Shown: positions 1 to 11,354 of the stretch, in pieces | How the letters are laid out: each line of letters starts with the position of its first letter | Numbering within the stretch: position 1 is the stretch's first letter | Origin: Leptolyngbyaceae cyanobacterium clean351 | Lineage (GTDB): Bacteria; Cyanobacteriota; Cyanobacteriia; DAIDHW01 | NCBI GenBank assembly: GCA_027451865.1 | Contig: DAIDHW010000007.1 | Location: 18,050-82,049, forward strand | Length of the DNA: 64,000 nt | Direction of reading: 5' to 3' | Translations under genes and position numbers: made by a program | Notes under the pieces: generated by a model | The model's input: only the letters and a program-made list of their open reading frames with translations | Told to the model about the DNA's origin: nothing | Database searches by the model: none

Positions 1-137
1 GCCGTTGCCCCAGCCCTCGAGGACCTCCTGCACGATCCAGACCGACTCCAACTGGTGGCTACCAATGGTCCCCGTCGCCTTGGACCCCCGGGGGCTTCCC
101 AGCGGATTGCCGCCTGCTTTAAGAGCCAGGTTTTCCC

Positions 138-1526
138 CTAGGCTACCCGCCGCCGCTGGGCCTGGCGGCCATACCAGCGCAGCAAGGTCCCGGCGAGCTT
201 TTGGGAGTGATGACGCACTAGGCCCGTGGCCTGGTCCTCCTCCATCACATCTGCTAGGACTACCCGACAGCCTAGGTGATGAACCCCCTCCCGGTCTAGT
301 TCTACGGGGTAACAGCCCTCCTGGGCGTAGCGCCTGAGGGTGGCGGGGCTAGGGGGACGTTTTTGGACTAGGACTGCGTCACAAATCTTCGGGCCACTGA
401 TGGCAAAAATCGCCTTGAGGTGGTCTGATACCTTGTATCCGGTAGTCTCTCCCACCTGGGTCATGATGTTGCACACGTAGATCCGCGGCGCTCTTGACTT
501 CAACAGGGCTTTGAGGATCTCGGGCACTAGGAGATTAGGGATGACACTGGTGTAGAGGCTACCAGGGCCGAAGATCAGGTAATCTGCCTCCTGAATTGCC
601 TTTAAAGCACTCGGCAGAGCTGCCGGGTTGGGGGGATTAGAGCCAATCTTGAGGATTCTGCCCCGGGCAGCGGTGATCTGGGACTCCCCCTCCACCCGGC
701 GGCCATCCTCAAATTCCGCCCACAAACCCATGTGACTAAGGGTAGCGGGAATCACCCTCCCCCGGACCGCTAAGACCTCAGAACTGGCATTAATGGCCTT
801 TTCTAGATCACCAGTAATATCGCTCAGGGCACTGAGAAACAAATTCCCAAAACTATGCCCGCTTAAACCATCACCGGCCCGAAAACGGTATTGGAATAAC
901 TCTGTCAGCAGCTTTTCCTCATCGGCCAGAGCCGCCAAACAGTTACGAATATCCCCTGGGGGCAAGACCCCTATTTCCCGCCGCAGCCGCCCCGAAGAGC
1001 CGCCATCATCAGCCACAGTAACGATGGCCGTAATGTTGGCACTATACTCCTTCATGCCCCGCAGTAGGACTGATAAACCAGTTCCACCCCCCACCCCGAC
1101 TATCTTGGGGCCACGGTGCAGGCGGTGGTGAGCCAGAAGCACATCCACTAGCTCCTCGTCTCCCTCCGGCATCACCACCCGGATAATTGAGCCCAGAGTC
1201 CGGGTTTGGCCCAGCCAAATCAGCGCCAGGCCGAGCAGGATGACAACGGGCCCGCTAACGGAGTTAGGCAAAAAGTGGGCCACATTTTCGGCGAAGTCTT
1301 GGGCAAATTGCAGCAGGTGGAAAACCGGAGTCTGCTTGATGGCGATCGCAATTCCCAGCACCGTCAACAGCACTCCCCCCACGCTGATGAGCAGCCATCG
1401 CTTGATTACCAGACCGGGCACTAACCACTTAAACCAATGCAAGGGGTGACGGCTGCGGTTAGACCAGGCTGGCTCTTTAGCAACCGTGACACTTTTCAAG
1501 GCGCGTTTGATTCGGGCAAGAATCAT
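138..1526 (-). CDS. YvcK/UPF0052 (CofD-like) gluconeogenesis/cell-shape factor with N-terminal membrane segments
   Basis: Motifs [37 protein letters not shown] and GPGSLYTS. Confidence 0.9.
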   Translation of the reverse strand: MILARIKRALKSVTVAKEPAWSNRSRHPLHWFKWLVPGLVIKRWLLISVGGVLLTVLGIAIAIKQTPVFHLLQFAQDFAENVAHFLPNSVSGPVVILLGLALIWLGQTRTLGSIIRVVMPEGDEELVDVLLAHHRLHRGPKIVGVGGGTGLSVLLRGMKEYSANITAIVTVADDGGSSGRLRREIGVLPPGDIRNCLAALADEEKLLTELFQYRFRAGDGLSGHSFGNLFLSALSDITGDLEKAINASSEVLAVRGRVIPATLSHMGLWAEFEDGRRVEGESQITAARGRILKIGSNPPNPAALPSALKAIQEADYLIFGPGSLYTSVIPNLLVPEILKALLKSRAPRIYVCNIMTQVGETTGYKVSDHLKAIFAISGPKICDAVLVQKRPPSPATLRRYAQEGCYPVELDREGVHHLGCRVVLADVMEEDQATGLVRHHSQKLAGTLLRWYGRQAQRRRVA

Positions 1527-1645
1527 AGAAGTTAGCTGGCTAGGGTTGCATGGCTAATAAACGGTCAACTAGAGTAGACTGAGGCCAGCAGATTGGGAAT
1601 TTTGATCCCGTTGATTTGGATGCTGGTGCTCCTAGTGTACTCCCC

Positions 1646-2428
1646 ATGGCTGAAGCATTAATTGAACTGCGGCAGGTGAGCAAGTCCTTTGGAGGCACCA
1701 AGGTGCTCGACCAAGTGGACTTGGCTGTCTATCCTGGGGATGCCCTGGCGATCATCGGTCCTTCCGGGACTGGCAAGTCGACCATACTGAGGATTATGGC
1801 CGGGCTTCTAGCCCCCGACAGCGGCGAAGTTTTCGTAGCGGGGCAGCAGCGGGCAGGGTTGCTTGAGGACAAGCCAGACCCCATCGGGATTGGTCTGGTG
1901 TTTCAGCAGGCGGCTCTATTTGACTCCCTGACCGTTGAAGAAAATGTCGGCTTTTCCCTCTTCGAACACTCTAAGCTACCCCGGTCCCGGATCCGGGAGT
2001 TGGTCAATCAGAAGCTAGAAATGGTAGGATTGCAGGGCATTAACCACCTCTATCCGGCCGAGCTTTCGGGGGGGATGCGTAAGCGGGTCAGCTTCGCTCG
2101 GGCCATTATGGAGGACCCGAGTCACCCTGACGACAACCCGGCCGTTCTTTTGTACGACGAGCCCACTGCAGGCTTAGACCCGGTTGCCTCCACAGTGGTA
2201 GAGGACTTGATCCGCCATCTTCAGGGTTCTGAACAGGTTTGTAATACCTACGTAGTAGTTACCCATCAAGAGAGCACTATCCGGCGTACCGTGGAACGAA
2301 TAGTTCTTCTGTATCATGGAAAAGTTCAATGGATGGGGCAAGTGGCAGAGATCGATACCACAGATAACCCCTTGGTGCGCCAATTTTTCAGTGGTAGCCT
2401 TGACGGGCCCATTCATGTGCTGAACTAG
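1646..2428 (+). CDS. MlaF/TGD3-like lipid ABC transporter ATPase
   Basis: Walker A GPSGTGKS, LSGGMRKRV, YDEPTAGLDP; adjacent to an MCE gene; ATG at 1646 preferred over the upstream TTG. Confidence 0.85.
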   Translation: MAEALIELRQVSKSFGGTKVLDQVDLAVYPGDALAIIGPSGTGKSTILRIMAGLLAPDSGEVFVAGQQRAGLLEDKPDPIGIGLVFQQAALFDSLTVEENVGFSLFEHSKLPRSRIRELVNQKLEMVGLQGINHLYPAELSGGMRKRVSFARAIMEDPSHPDDNPAVLLYDEPTAGLDPVASTVVEDLIRHLQGSEQVCNTYVVVTHQESTIRRTVERIVLLYHGKVQWMGQVAEIDTTDNPLVRQFFSGSLDGPIHVLN

Positions 2429-2455
2429 GGACTATCCTCCATCTTGATGTGAAAC

Positions 2456-3709
2456 ATGCGCAATCTTCTCCCCACCGCTAGACCATCCCGCTTGGCCCGA
2501 GAAGGCTCTGTAGGTCTGCTGATTCTCCTCGGATTAGGACTTCTGACCACAGTTATCCTCTGGCTGCGGGGCATTACCTTGGGGGAGCGAAGTTACTCCC
2601 TGCGCATCCAGTTTGCCGATGCCGGCGGCCTAGAGTTAGGGGCACCAGTGCGCTATCGGGGGGTCACTATTGGCCGGGCCACCGCTATTCATCCTGGTCC
2701 CAACGGCGTGGAAGTGGAGGTGACCATCAGTCCGGCAACGGTGGTCATCCCTCGCCAAGTGGAGGTAGAAACTAGTGAATCAGGGCTCATCAGTCAGACA
2801 GTGATCAATTTTGAACCCCTAGGGACCTTCACTGCTGACCGCCTAGCCTTGCCTCGGTCTAAAAACTGCAACCCCCAACTGATTTTGTGTAACGGGGAGC
2901 AGGTCAGAGGCCACTTGGGAGTCAGTATCGAACAACTAATTCGCACCTCCATTCAATTTTCTGAGGCCTTCAGTAACCCCCAGTTTCTGTCCAACCTCAA
3001 CCGAGCCATAGCCAACACCTCAAGTGCCGCTGTGGGTATCACCCGCCTTAGCGGTGATGTTTCCGGTCTTACTCGCTCCCTCAACGGCCAGATCGGGACC
3101 CTAGCCACCTCCGCCCAATCCATTACCAGTGCTGCCCACAGCATTGACAACACCGCTGCCCAGCTCGATGGCCTGATCCGGGATAACCGGGCCAGGTTGC
3201 GCCAAAGTGTGGATAACTTAGCCCTTGCCAGCCAAGACCTGCGCATTAATGTCCACCGCCTCGGGCCGCTCCTCGACCAGGTCCAAAAGGGGCGACTGAT
3301 TGAGAACTTGACTACCTTTGCCGATAACGCTGCTCAGATCTCGGTTTCTTTGCGGCATCTCGGTAGTACTGCTACCAATCCCGCTCTCCTGATTGGCCTT
3401 TATCAACTGCTCAGCTCCGCTCGCACCACCTTTCAAAACACCGCCGCCATTACCACCCAGCTGCGCAAGGTAACCGATGACCCGGAGTTGCGTAAAACCC
3501 TGCATCAGCTAATCCTAAACCTCAACAAGTTGCTCAGCTCAACTCAAAGCCTCCAGCAGGAGACAGATTTAGCTCGAGCCCTCACCCCAGGCAGCTCCTC
3601 CTACCAACTCCCCCCCCACCCGCAACCCCTAGACCTACTCCAGCTACAACAACAGCTAGCGGACCTGGAAAAGCAGCTTCCTAGCCCCATTCCTAAGAGC
3701 CCCTCCTAA
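2456..3709 (+). CDS. MlaD/MCE-family (Ycf22/TGD2-like) protein
   Basis: N-terminal TM helix, F.DAGGL..GAPVRYRGV.IG MCE motif, long helical tail. Confidence 0.85.
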   Translation: MRNLLPTARPSRLAREGSVGLLILLGLGLLTTVILWLRGITLGERSYSLRIQFADAGGLELGAPVRYRGVTIGRATAIHPGPNGVEVEVTISPATVVIPRQVEVETSESGLISQTVINFEPLGTFTADRLALPRSKNCNPQLILCNGEQVRGHLGVSIEQLIRTSIQFSEAFSNPQFLSNLNRAIANTSSAAVGITRLSGDVSGLTRSLNGQIGTLATSAQSITSAAHSIDNTAAQLDGLIRDNRARLRQSVDNLALASQDLRINVHRLGPLLDQVQKGRLIENLTTFADNAAQISVSLRHLGSTATNPALLIGLYQLLSSARTTFQNTAAITTQLRKVTDDPELRKTLHQLILNLNKLLSSTQSLQQETDLARALTPGSSSYQLPPHPQPLDLLQLQQQLADLEKQLPSPIPKSPS

Positions 3710-3770
3710 CCCCTTGCCCGAGGATAGCTTGCTTAGTTATCCTGGAACCTATAGTTTCTCCAGCCCTGTC

Positions 3771-4445
3771 ATGGTTTCTCCCTTTCCTCGAGGTGCTTGG
3801 GCCGCCGCCCTGCTCCTGCTTGTCTGGTTTCTGGGCTCTTCCCCAGCCCAGGCCACCTCTGTCGGGGCCATGCCTGCTCAACCGGCCGGGGTAGTAGACC
3901 AGGCAGAGATATTAAGTCGCTCCACGGAGAATGCCCTCACCCAAGGCTTTGGCACCCTTGCGGACACCACTAATCAGCAGGTGCATGTGGTCACCCTCCA
4001 TCGCTTAGACTACGGGGTTACTCCCCAGGACTTCGCTGACCGCCTGTTTGAGCGGTGGTTTCCCACCCCTGAGATACAAGCTCGCCAGGTTCTGCTAGTC
4101 CTAGATTCAGTTACCAATGGAGCTGGCCTGCGCTGGGGGAAGGACATTCCCCTGGACCAGTCCCTAGCAGACAGCATTACCCGGGAGACCCTCCAGGTAC
4201 CCCTGCGACAGGGAAACTACAATCAGGGCTTGCTAGATGTGGCTGAACGCCTAGGAGCGGTCCTTGCTGGTGAACCAGACCCAGGCCCGCCGGTGGTGAC
4301 AGCAGTTTGGGAACCGGAAAGCAACTTCCCTAAATCTCCGCAAGGAAGTGGGGCTACCCTCTGGGTAGTGGGCCTGCTACTAGCCGCCACCGTCATCCCC
4401 ATGGCCACCTACTACTTCTACCAGTTTCTTCAATCCCGGGCCTAG
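3771..4445 (+). CDS. psb32: Photosystem II repair protein Psb32 (TPM domain)
   Basis: VVDQAEILSR, VTLHRLDYG, GEPDPGPP, C-terminal TM ATVIPMATYY; start approximate. Confidence 0.8.
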   Translation: MVSPFPRGAWAAALLLLVWFLGSSPAQATSVGAMPAQPAGVVDQAEILSRSTENALTQGFGTLADTTNQQVHVVTLHRLDYGVTPQDFADRLFERWFPTPEIQARQVLLVLDSVTNGAGLRWGKDIPLDQSLADSITRETLQVPLRQGNYNQGLLDVAERLGAVLAGEPDPGPPVVTAVWEPESNFPKSPQGSGATLWVVGLLLAATVIPMATYYFYQFLQSRA

Positions 4446-5132
4446 GTGATAGTGCGCCTCGAGGGGATTACTAAGCTCTACGGCACTGGCGAAACCCAGG
4501 TCCGAGCCCTCGATAACGTGTCTCTAACTATTGGTGCTGGTTCCTACTGCGCAATTATGGGTCCTTCTGGGTCGGGCAAGTCTACAGTCATGAACATCAT
4601 TGGCTGTCTAGACCGTCCCACCCAGGGCCACTACTACCTCAACGGCTTGGATGTATCTGCCCTCAGTAATGACCAGCTAGCCCGAATTCGCAATCGCCAG
4701 CTGGGCTTTGTCTTTCAGCAGTTCCATCTCCTACCTCAGCTGACAGCTCTGGAAAACGTCATGCTGCCCATGGTCTATGACCAGGTGCCAAGGGCTGAGC
4801 GTCAAGGACGGGCGGCGGCGGCCCTCAAGCAGGTGGGGTTGGGGCAGCGGCTCTACAATCGACCCAACCAACTCTCCGGCGGTCAGCAACAACGGGTGGC
4901 AATTGCCCGGGCCCTAGTGAATTCGCCCCTGTTGATCTTGGCGGACGAACCCACCGGTGCCCTAGACTCCCAAACCACCAAGGAGGTCCTAGACATTTTC
5001 GCGCACCTGCACAGCCAAGGCATCACCTTAATTCTGGTCACCCATGAGGCTGATGTGGCTCGCTGCACGGAGCGGGTGATCTGGTTTCAGGATGGTCATA
5101 TCACCTCGGCCCCGGCTCACTGGCGCCCCTAG
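4446..5132 (+). CDS. ABC transporter ATP-binding protein (LolD/MacB-like)
   Basis: [42 protein letters not shown]. Confidence 0.85.
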   Translation: MIVRLEGITKLYGTGETQVRALDNVSLTIGAGSYCAIMGPSGSGKSTVMNIIGCLDRPTQGHYYLNGLDVSALSNDQLARIRNRQLGFVFQQFHLLPQLTALENVMLPMVYDQVPRAERQGRAAAALKQVGLGQRLYNRPNQLSGGQQQRVAIARALVNSPLLILADEPTGALDSQTTKEVLDIFAHLHSQGITLILVTHEADVARCTERVIWFQDGHITSAPAHWRP

Positions 5133-5163
5133 CTCCTGCGTGGGTACGCTATCCTAAAGACCT

Positions 5164-6552
5164 ATGAATCAACCACCTGGCCGCTCAAGCGTGCAGCAGA
5201 ATTTGGCCTTTGTGGCCGTGTGTTTTGGTTTCTTTATGGTGGTGGTGGACGCGGGAATTCTGAACGTAGCGGTCCCAGCCATCGGTAAGGAACTAGGTAA
5301 CTCCCTCAATAGCCTTGAGTGGGTGATCAACAGCTATACCCTAGTCCTGGCCAGCCTACTGCTGAGTGCCGGAGCCCTAGGGGACTTGATCGGAGCTAAG
5401 CGGGTCTACCTGACGGGGCTAGCGGTATTCACCCTTGCTTCTTTGGCCTGTAGCCTGTCTGCTACTATCCCGCTGTTGGTAGTAGCCCGTCTAATCCAAG
5501 GCCTAGGGGGCGCATTGTTGATCCCCACCTCCCTGGCTTTAATTGCCGCGGCTTACCCTGATCCGGCCGCCCGCTCCCGAGCCGTAGGGATTTGGGCTAC
5601 TATCTCCGCTGCCGGCTTCACTAGCAGTATCACCTTCGGGGGGCTGTTAATCGACTCCTGGGGCTGGCGGAGTATTTTCTGGCTAAATGTCCCGACCGGC
5701 ATCGTCGCCCTGGCCTTGACCTGGTGGTTTGTAGTCCCCGTCCCGGGGACCCGGCGCCAAAGTTTTGACTGGCCAGGTCAAGGCCTCGGCATCCTTGCTT
5801 TGTTTTGCCTCACCTTTGCCCTAATTGAGGGCCACGCCCAGGGCTGGACTAGTGTAGGCATTTTAACTAGTCTGGTCCTTTTTGTCGTGGCTAGCAGCAC
5901 CTTTATCTGGGTTGAACGGCGGGTCAAGGCACCCATGGTACCCCTAAAGCTATTTATCAATCCCACCTTTAGTACCGCAGTTTCTGTGGGTCTAGTCTTT
6001 AATTTCTGCCTCTACGGCCAGTTATTTGTCTTTTCTCTACTGCTGCAAAATGTGGAGGGACGTTCGGCAACCGTAACCGGCTTGGCCTTTTTACCCTTTA
6101 CCGTGGTGAATGTACTCATGCCGAGCCTGTCGGGTTGGTTAACTGCCCGCATGGGCCCTCGGCTACCGATGGCAGCGGGCCTGGGCTTAGCCGGTGTAGG
6201 CTCCCTCGTCCTCGATTCAGTACACTTAGGAGTACACCATCCCCTCGGGGGAATTGTGGGACTAGTAATCTTTGGCTTTGGCTCTGGCCTAATCCTGCCG
6301 GCCATGACCACTACGGCTCTGGCGGGAGCACCCACAACCCAGGCCGGGATTGCTTCGGCGATCCTCAACGCTATGCGTCAGACCGGCGGGGTTCTCGGGG
6401 TAGCGGTAATGGGGGTATTTGTGGGTGGGAGTTCCTTTATTCAAGGCCTACATGGAGCGCTGATGCTGGTGGTGGTGGTTTTTTGGCTAGGGTGTGCCGC
6501 TACCTTGGTTTACGTCCCTGGCGGAAAACTGCGGCATGCAAAGTTAGAATAA
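5164..6552 (+). CDS. MFS efflux transporter, DHA2 (EmrB/QacA) family
   Basis: About 14 hydrophobic segments; D..ILNVAVP, WVINSYTL, RLIQGLGGA, WRSIFWLNVP motifs. Confidence 0.85.
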   Translation: MNQPPGRSSVQQNLAFVAVCFGFFMVVVDAGILNVAVPAIGKELGNSLNSLEWVINSYTLVLASLLLSAGALGDLIGAKRVYLTGLAVFTLASLACSLSATIPLLVVARLIQGLGGALLIPTSLALIAAAYPDPAARSRAVGIWATISAAGFTSSITFGGLLIDSWGWRSIFWLNVPTGIVALALTWWFVVPVPGTRRQSFDWPGQGLGILALFCLTFALIEGHAQGWTSVGILTSLVLFVVASSTFIWVERRVKAPMVPLKLFINPTFSTAVSVGLVFNFCLYGQLFVFSLLLQNVEGRSATVTGLAFLPFTVVNVLMPSLSGWLTARMGPRLPMAAGLGLAGVGSLVLDSVHLGVHHPLGGIVGLVIFGFGSGLILPAMTTTALAGAPTTQAGIASAILNAMRQTGGVLGVAVMGVFVGGSSFIQGLHGALMLVVVVFWLGCAATLVYVPGGKLRHAKLE

Positions 6553-6603
6553 ATCTTAGGCGTGGTAGAATGCGCGTGGCACAAGTTGTAAGGTTTAGTT
6601 GCC

Positions 6604-8199
6604 ATGGCTCAGGCCCCGGTTTTCCCTGTGGTGTTGGTTATCTTAGATGGTTGGGGCTACGGAGAAGTTGCACCAGGTAATGCCATTGCCGCCGCCTCTA
6701 CCCCAGTCCTTGATAGCCTTTGGCTCACCTATCCCCATACCCTCCTACAGGCATCAGGAAAGTCCGTGGGCTTACCCGAAGGTCAGATGGGTAACTCGGA
6801 GGTTGGCCACCTAAACCTCGGAGCAGGCCGGGTAGTGCCCCAGGAGCTGGTGCGAATTTCTGACGCCGTTGAGGATGGTAGCCTCCTCCACAACCAAGCT
6901 CTAGTGCAGGTTTGTGAAAAGGTCCGGTTGGGTGACGGTAAGCTGCACCTAGTGGGCCTGTGTTCTGAGGGGGGAGTGCACTCCCACATCAGCCACCTCT
7001 ACGGTCTACTAGACTTAGCCGCAGCCCAGGGCTGTCAGGATGTGTGCATTCATGCCATCACCGATGGCCGTGACACTGCCCCCACAGCAGGGAAAGCCAC
7101 CCTAGAGTCCCTCCAGGCGCACCTAGAACGCACTGGCCTTGGACAAATTGTCACCGTCAGTGGCCGCTACTACGCCATGGACCGAGACCATCGCTGGCCG
7201 CGGGTTGAGCAGGCCTACCGGGTAATGACTGAACCGGGAACCCCCACGTGGCAGGGGGCGGCCCAGGTGTTACAGACTGCCTACGATCAAGGCATTACGG
7301 ATGAGTTTATCCCCCCAGTCCGCCTAGCTCCAGGGGTGATTGCCCCGGGAGATGGGGTGATTTGCTTTAACTTCCGCCCGGACCGCTCCCGCCAACTTGC
7401 CCAAGCCTTTGTGGACCCCCTCTTTACTGGTTTTAGTCGGGAGTTAATTGCCCCTTTGGCTTTTGCCACCTTTACCCAGTACGACTCCTCCCTCCCCGTC
7501 TCAGTGGCCTTCGAAGCCCAGAACCTCAGCCATATTTTAGGGGAAGTGATTGCTCACCGGGGACTGCGGCAACTACGGATCGCAGAGACGGAAAAGTACG
7601 CCCACGTCACCTACTTTTTCAATGGCGGGCTAGAGGATCCCCTCCCTGGGGAAGACCGGCAGCTGATTCCCAGTCCCCTGGTGGCTACCTACGACCAGGC
7701 TCCGGCCATGGCCGCAGGGGAGGTAACCAAGGGAGTGACGGCAGCCCTCAACCAGCGGGTCTACTCCCTAGTAGTAGTTAACTATGCTAACCCCGATATG
7801 GTTGGACACACGGGTAATTTGGCCGCTACCATCGAGGCGGTAGAAACCGTAGACCGTTGTTTGGGAGAGCTACTCCAGAGCGCCCTGCGGGTAGGGGGAA
7901 CCGTCCTCATTACCGCTGACCATGGCAACGCTGAGTACATGGGGGAATTTGATCAGCCCTGGACTGCCCATACCACTAACCCCGTACCCTTTATTCTGGT
8001 AGAAGGGGAAAAATTGAAAGTCCCCGGCCATGGGGGCCAGGTAAACCTCAGGCAGGATGGCCGGCTGTGCGACGTCGCCCCTACGATTCTGGAGGTTTTG
8101 GGGCTACCTATCCCCCCCGCCATGACCGGTCGCTCTCTTATCCTGCCTGCCCCTGCCGATCTGAATACCCATCGCTCTCCCGCCCCCCTTACCCTTTAA
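6604..8199 (+). CDS. gpmI: 2,3-bisphosphoglycerate-independent phosphoglycerate mutase
   Basis: ILDGWG, GQMGNSEVGH, NFRPDR, ETEKYAHVT, NPDMVGHTG, TADHGNAE. Confidence 0.95.
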   Translation: MAQAPVFPVVLVILDGWGYGEVAPGNAIAAASTPVLDSLWLTYPHTLLQASGKSVGLPEGQMGNSEVGHLNLGAGRVVPQELVRISDAVEDGSLLHNQALVQVCEKVRLGDGKLHLVGLCSEGGVHSHISHLYGLLDLAAAQGCQDVCIHAITDGRDTAPTAGKATLESLQAHLERTGLGQIVTVSGRYYAMDRDHRWPRVEQAYRVMTEPGTPTWQGAAQVLQTAYDQGITDEFIPPVRLAPGVIAPGDGVICFNFRPDRSRQLAQAFVDPLFTGFSRELIAPLAFATFTQYDSSLPVSVAFEAQNLSHILGEVIAHRGLRQLRIAETEKYAHVTYFFNGGLEDPLPGEDRQLIPSPLVATYDQAPAMAAGEVTKGVTAALNQRVYSLVVVNYANPDMVGHTGNLAATIEAVETVDRCLGELLQSALRVGGTVLITADHGNAEYMGEFDQPWTAHTTNPVPFILVEGEKLKVPGHGGQVNLRQDGRLCDVAPTILEVLGLPIPPAMTGRSLILPAPADLNTHRSPAPLTL

Positions 8200-8220
8200 G
8201 TTCTTCGATAGGAGTCTTCC

Positions 8221-8454
8221 ATGAATGCTGTTTTGTTAGTTCGCTCCCTGTGGATGTTTTCCGCCGTGAGCTTGGTCGTGGTAGTGTTACTGCACAGTCC
8301 TAAGGGGGACGGGATTGGCGGGATCGGTGGCCAAGCCCAACTGTTCACTAGCACCAAGAGTGCTGAGGCGACCCTAAATCGGGTCACTTGGATCTTAACG
8401 GTGCTTTTTCTGGCAGCTACGGTGGTGTTAAGCGCCAACTGGTTGAGCCACTAG
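8221..8454 (+). CDS. secG: Preprotein translocase subunit SecG
   Basis: LLHSPKGDGIGGIGGQAQLF..TKSAE.TLNRVTW; follows gpmI. Confidence 0.92.
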   Translation: MNAVLLVRSLWMFSAVSLVVVVLLHSPKGDGIGGIGGQAQLFTSTKSAEATLNRVTWILTVLFLAATVVLSANWLSH

Positions 8455-8463
8455 ACCCCTGGG

Positions 8464-9555
8464 TCAGCCCGAACGGGTGATTTGCCAAAGGCTTTCATAC
8501 TGAGCAACAGTAGCAGCTGCCAGGGGTTGGAGAAATTCGCAGCGCCTTAGCAGAGAAGGCTCAGGGAATAATATCCCAGGGCAGCCGGGCACGGGAGAGC
8601 TCCCCGCTAAAACAGGTGAGGTGCTGTTATTGAACTGGGAAAACCAGGTCGCCGAGCGAGGCTGCCAACCGTAGTCAATCCAGTCTTCCCCAGCCCCATG
8701 CCCTCCCCGGGGCCGGACCCACAAGTCATTCCACACAGCACTCCCAGCAGCCGGAATCACCAATTGCAGTTGGGGGTAGGTTAGCACCTGGTCTAGGACC
8801 TCCTTAGACCACCCCACTGCTACCCAGGTGTCGCCCGTTACCAAGGCCTGCAGGTAACTATCGGAGCTATAAAATCTGGCCTGGCGGTTAAGGGAGCGCA
8901 GGTGAGGGACTAAATCGGGTACCTGTCTCAGGTCAGGGGTGTTGTAGGAGTAGCCCAGTTTCTTGAGCGTCAGGCCAATCACTTCCCGGGGCTGGTTGAG
9001 GAGGGATATATGCCCCTGCAGTTCTGGCCGCCAAAGATCGGACCAGTCCTGGGGTACCCAGCCCAAACTCCGGAAGCGGTTTTTGTCGTAGGCGATCACT
9101 GTTGTCCCCCATCGGTAGGGAGCACCCCACAGGCGGCCCTGAGGATCGATCTCCCCCTGGTCGTTGCGCCGGACTAGGGTTTGCCAGGGCTGAGGCAAGC
9201 GGGCCCAGCCAGAGAGCTTCTCTAGGGCCAAAGGCTCAATTAACCGCTGCTGAATCGCTGCCTGGAGCCAGAAGTCCCCCAGGGTCACCAAATCAGCTGG
9301 GGTGTCAACTCCTCCTCCCCAGGGCCAAGGGGAGCGGCGTTCCCGGCGGTGCTGCCAGGCCCACAGTTGCCGGTAAAGTGACTCTAGTTGCTCGGTAGGC
9401 TGAGCCTTAACTGGACCAGGAAAGGAAGCCACCAGCTGCACCGGCAAGGAGTCTTTAAGCACCTGCAGCCGCAGGGGCTGCTCCGGGGAAGTTTGGCAAC
9501 TCCCCAAGGCCCAGGCTACTGCACTCACCAGTAGCGAGCGTCGGGTCATGGTCAT
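8464..9555 (-). CDS. PotD/PotF-like extracellular solute-binding lipoprotein
   Basis: TRRSLL...LGSC signal, PYRWGTTVIAY, DWSDLWRPEL, REVIGL.LKKLG.S.N; start approximate. Confidence 0.8.
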   Translation of the reverse strand: MTMTRRSLLVSAVAWALGSCQTSPEQPLRLQVLKDSLPVQLVASFPGPVKAQPTEQLESLYRQLWAWQHRRERRSPWPWGGGVDTPADLVTLGDFWLQAAIQQRLIEPLALEKLSGWARLPQPWQTLVRRNDQGEIDPQGRLWGAPYRWGTTVIAYDKNRFRSLGWVPQDWSDLWRPELQGHISLLNQPREVIGLTLKKLGYSYNTPDLRQVPDLVPHLRSLNRQARFYSSDSYLQALVTGDTWVAVGWSKEVLDQVLTYPQLQLVIPAAGSAVWNDLWVRPRGGHGAGEDWIDYGWQPRSATWFSQFNNSTSPVLAGSSPVPGCPGILFPEPSLLRRCEFLQPLAAATVAQYESLWQITRSG

Positions 9556-9638
9556 GGAGCAACGTACTTCCCAGATCAACTCTATAATCCTAGCGTAGGG
9601 GAGCACACGCTCCCCGTCTCCTCAGTCCAATACCCCCC

Positions 9639-11249
9639 ATGTCTGCCCTGCTCCAATTTGATCAATTCCGCCTCGCCTATCCCCAAGGCCGCACTTGGGC
9701 TGTAGACGGGGTCTCCCTCAGGATGGAGAAGGGGGAAATCCTTGGACTAGTGGGGGAATCTGGGTCTGGTAAGTCAACCCTGGGTCGGGCAACCCTAGGG
9801 CTATGGCCCCCGGGCTCGCGTCAGGAGGGCCAGGTGTGGTTGGCCGGTCAAGGGGTGATCGGACTTTCTCCCACCCAGGTGCGCCGGCTGCGGGGAGAGG
9901 TGGTCGCCTTAGTATTCCAAGACCCCATGACTCGCCTTAATCCCCTGCTGACCATCGGCGAGCACTGCTTAGAAACCATTGCTGCCCACGGGGTCTACCG
10001 GTCCCGCCGCCAAGCCCGGGCTAGAGCCGAAGCAGTCCTAGAGTCAGTGCGCATCCCCCCCCAGCGCTGGTCTCAGTATCCCCACCAATTCAGTGGCGGC
10101 ATGCGCCAACGGGTGGCCATCGCCCTGGCCCTGCTCCTAGAACCACAGCTCCTAGTCGCAGACGAGCCAACTACTAGTCTCGACGTCACCGTCGCCGCCA
10201 CGATCCTGCAGGAGCTTACCCGCCTGTGCCGTGAGCGCTCCCTGGCCCTGCTGCTGGTCTCCCACGACCTAGCTTTAGTAGGAAAGTACTGTGATCGGGT
10301 AGCGGTCATGTATCAAGGACGGATCGTCGAGGAGGGTCAAAGCCGGGCTCTGTTATCTCAACCGCAACACCCCTATACCCACTCCCTGGTCCAGGCCGCC
10401 CGGCAGCTACACACCGCTCCAGCTCCGGGTGTATCAGTGCCCCCCAAGCCCTTGTTGCGTCTGCGTAATCTCTGCCAGTACTACCCCCTGCGGACCAGTT
10501 GTGGGGGGTGGTGGCGACCAGGACCGAGTTTTAAAGCCGTCGACGGGGTGGACCTGGAGGTTTACCAAGGGGAGATCCTGGGACTAGTAGGGGAGTCTGG
10601 GTGCGGCAAATCCACCCTCGCCCGCTCAATTCTCCAGCTAGCCACCCCGACGGCTGGCCAAGTGGAGTTTGCGGGGCGGGAGTTGACGACCCTATCACGG
10701 CGGCAGATGCGTGCCCAGAGGCGCTGGCTGCAGATGATTTTCCAAGACCCCCATGCCTGTCTCAATCCCCGCATGACCATCGGGCAAATCATTGCCGAGC
10801 CTCTGTTGATCCACGGTTTAGTCCAGGGTCCTAGCCCCAGACCCCAGGTCCGGGAAATGCTGGCTCAGGTGGGCCTGACCCCAGAGTTTGCGTCGCTCTA
10901 CCCAGCTCACCTTTCTGGTGGCCAACAGCAACGGGTAGCCATCGCCCGGGCCTTGATTACCCGTCCCCAACTAGTGATCTGTGATGAGCCGGTGAGTATG
11001 TTAGATGCCAGCGTCCAGACCCAAGTGATCGAACTAATGCTAGAACTTAAGCAGGCCTTTGGTCTGACCTACCTATTTATTACCCATGACTTGTGGTTAG
11101 CCCGGGGCTTTTGCGACCGTATCGCCGTCATGCAAGGAGGACAGATAGTCGAGATCGCCCCAGCCGGCCAACTGTTTCGTCATCCCTGTCACCCCTACAC
11201 CCAGGCCTTGTTAGCTGCGGCTCCCCTCCTCCAGGCTGGGGAAGCATAA
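9639..11249 (+). CDS. Oligo/dipeptide ABC transporter ATPase with two fused NBDs
   Basis: Two GESG.GKST Walker A motifs, FQDP motifs, HPYT tails. Confidence 0.88.
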   Translation: MSALLQFDQFRLAYPQGRTWAVDGVSLRMEKGEILGLVGESGSGKSTLGRATLGLWPPGSRQEGQVWLAGQGVIGLSPTQVRRLRGEVVALVFQDPMTRLNPLLTIGEHCLETIAAHGVYRSRRQARARAEAVLESVRIPPQRWSQYPHQFSGGMRQRVAIALALLLEPQLLVADEPTTSLDVTVAATILQELTRLCRERSLALLLVSHDLALVGKYCDRVAVMYQGRIVEEGQSRALLSQPQHPYTHSLVQAARQLHTAPAPGVSVPPKPLLRLRNLCQYYPLRTSCGGWWRPGPSFKAVDGVDLEVYQGEILGLVGESGCGKSTLARSILQLATPTAGQVEFAGRELTTLSRRQMRAQRRWLQMIFQDPHACLNPRMTIGQIIAEPLLIHGLVQGPSPRPQVREMLAQVGLTPEFASLYPAHLSGGQQQRVAIARALITRPQLVICDEPVSMLDASVQTQVIELMLELKQAFGLTYLFITHDLWLARGFCDRIAVMQGGQIVEIAPAGQLFRHPCHPYTQALLAAAPLLQAGEA

Positions 11250-11354
11250 CCAATCTGAATAAGTACCTTCACTTATTAAAACTTTACGGTGGGGTGGGCC
11301 TGGGATAATAATTGGTGTATCTGGTATCCGCTCCTTAACGTTGGAGGGCAGTAA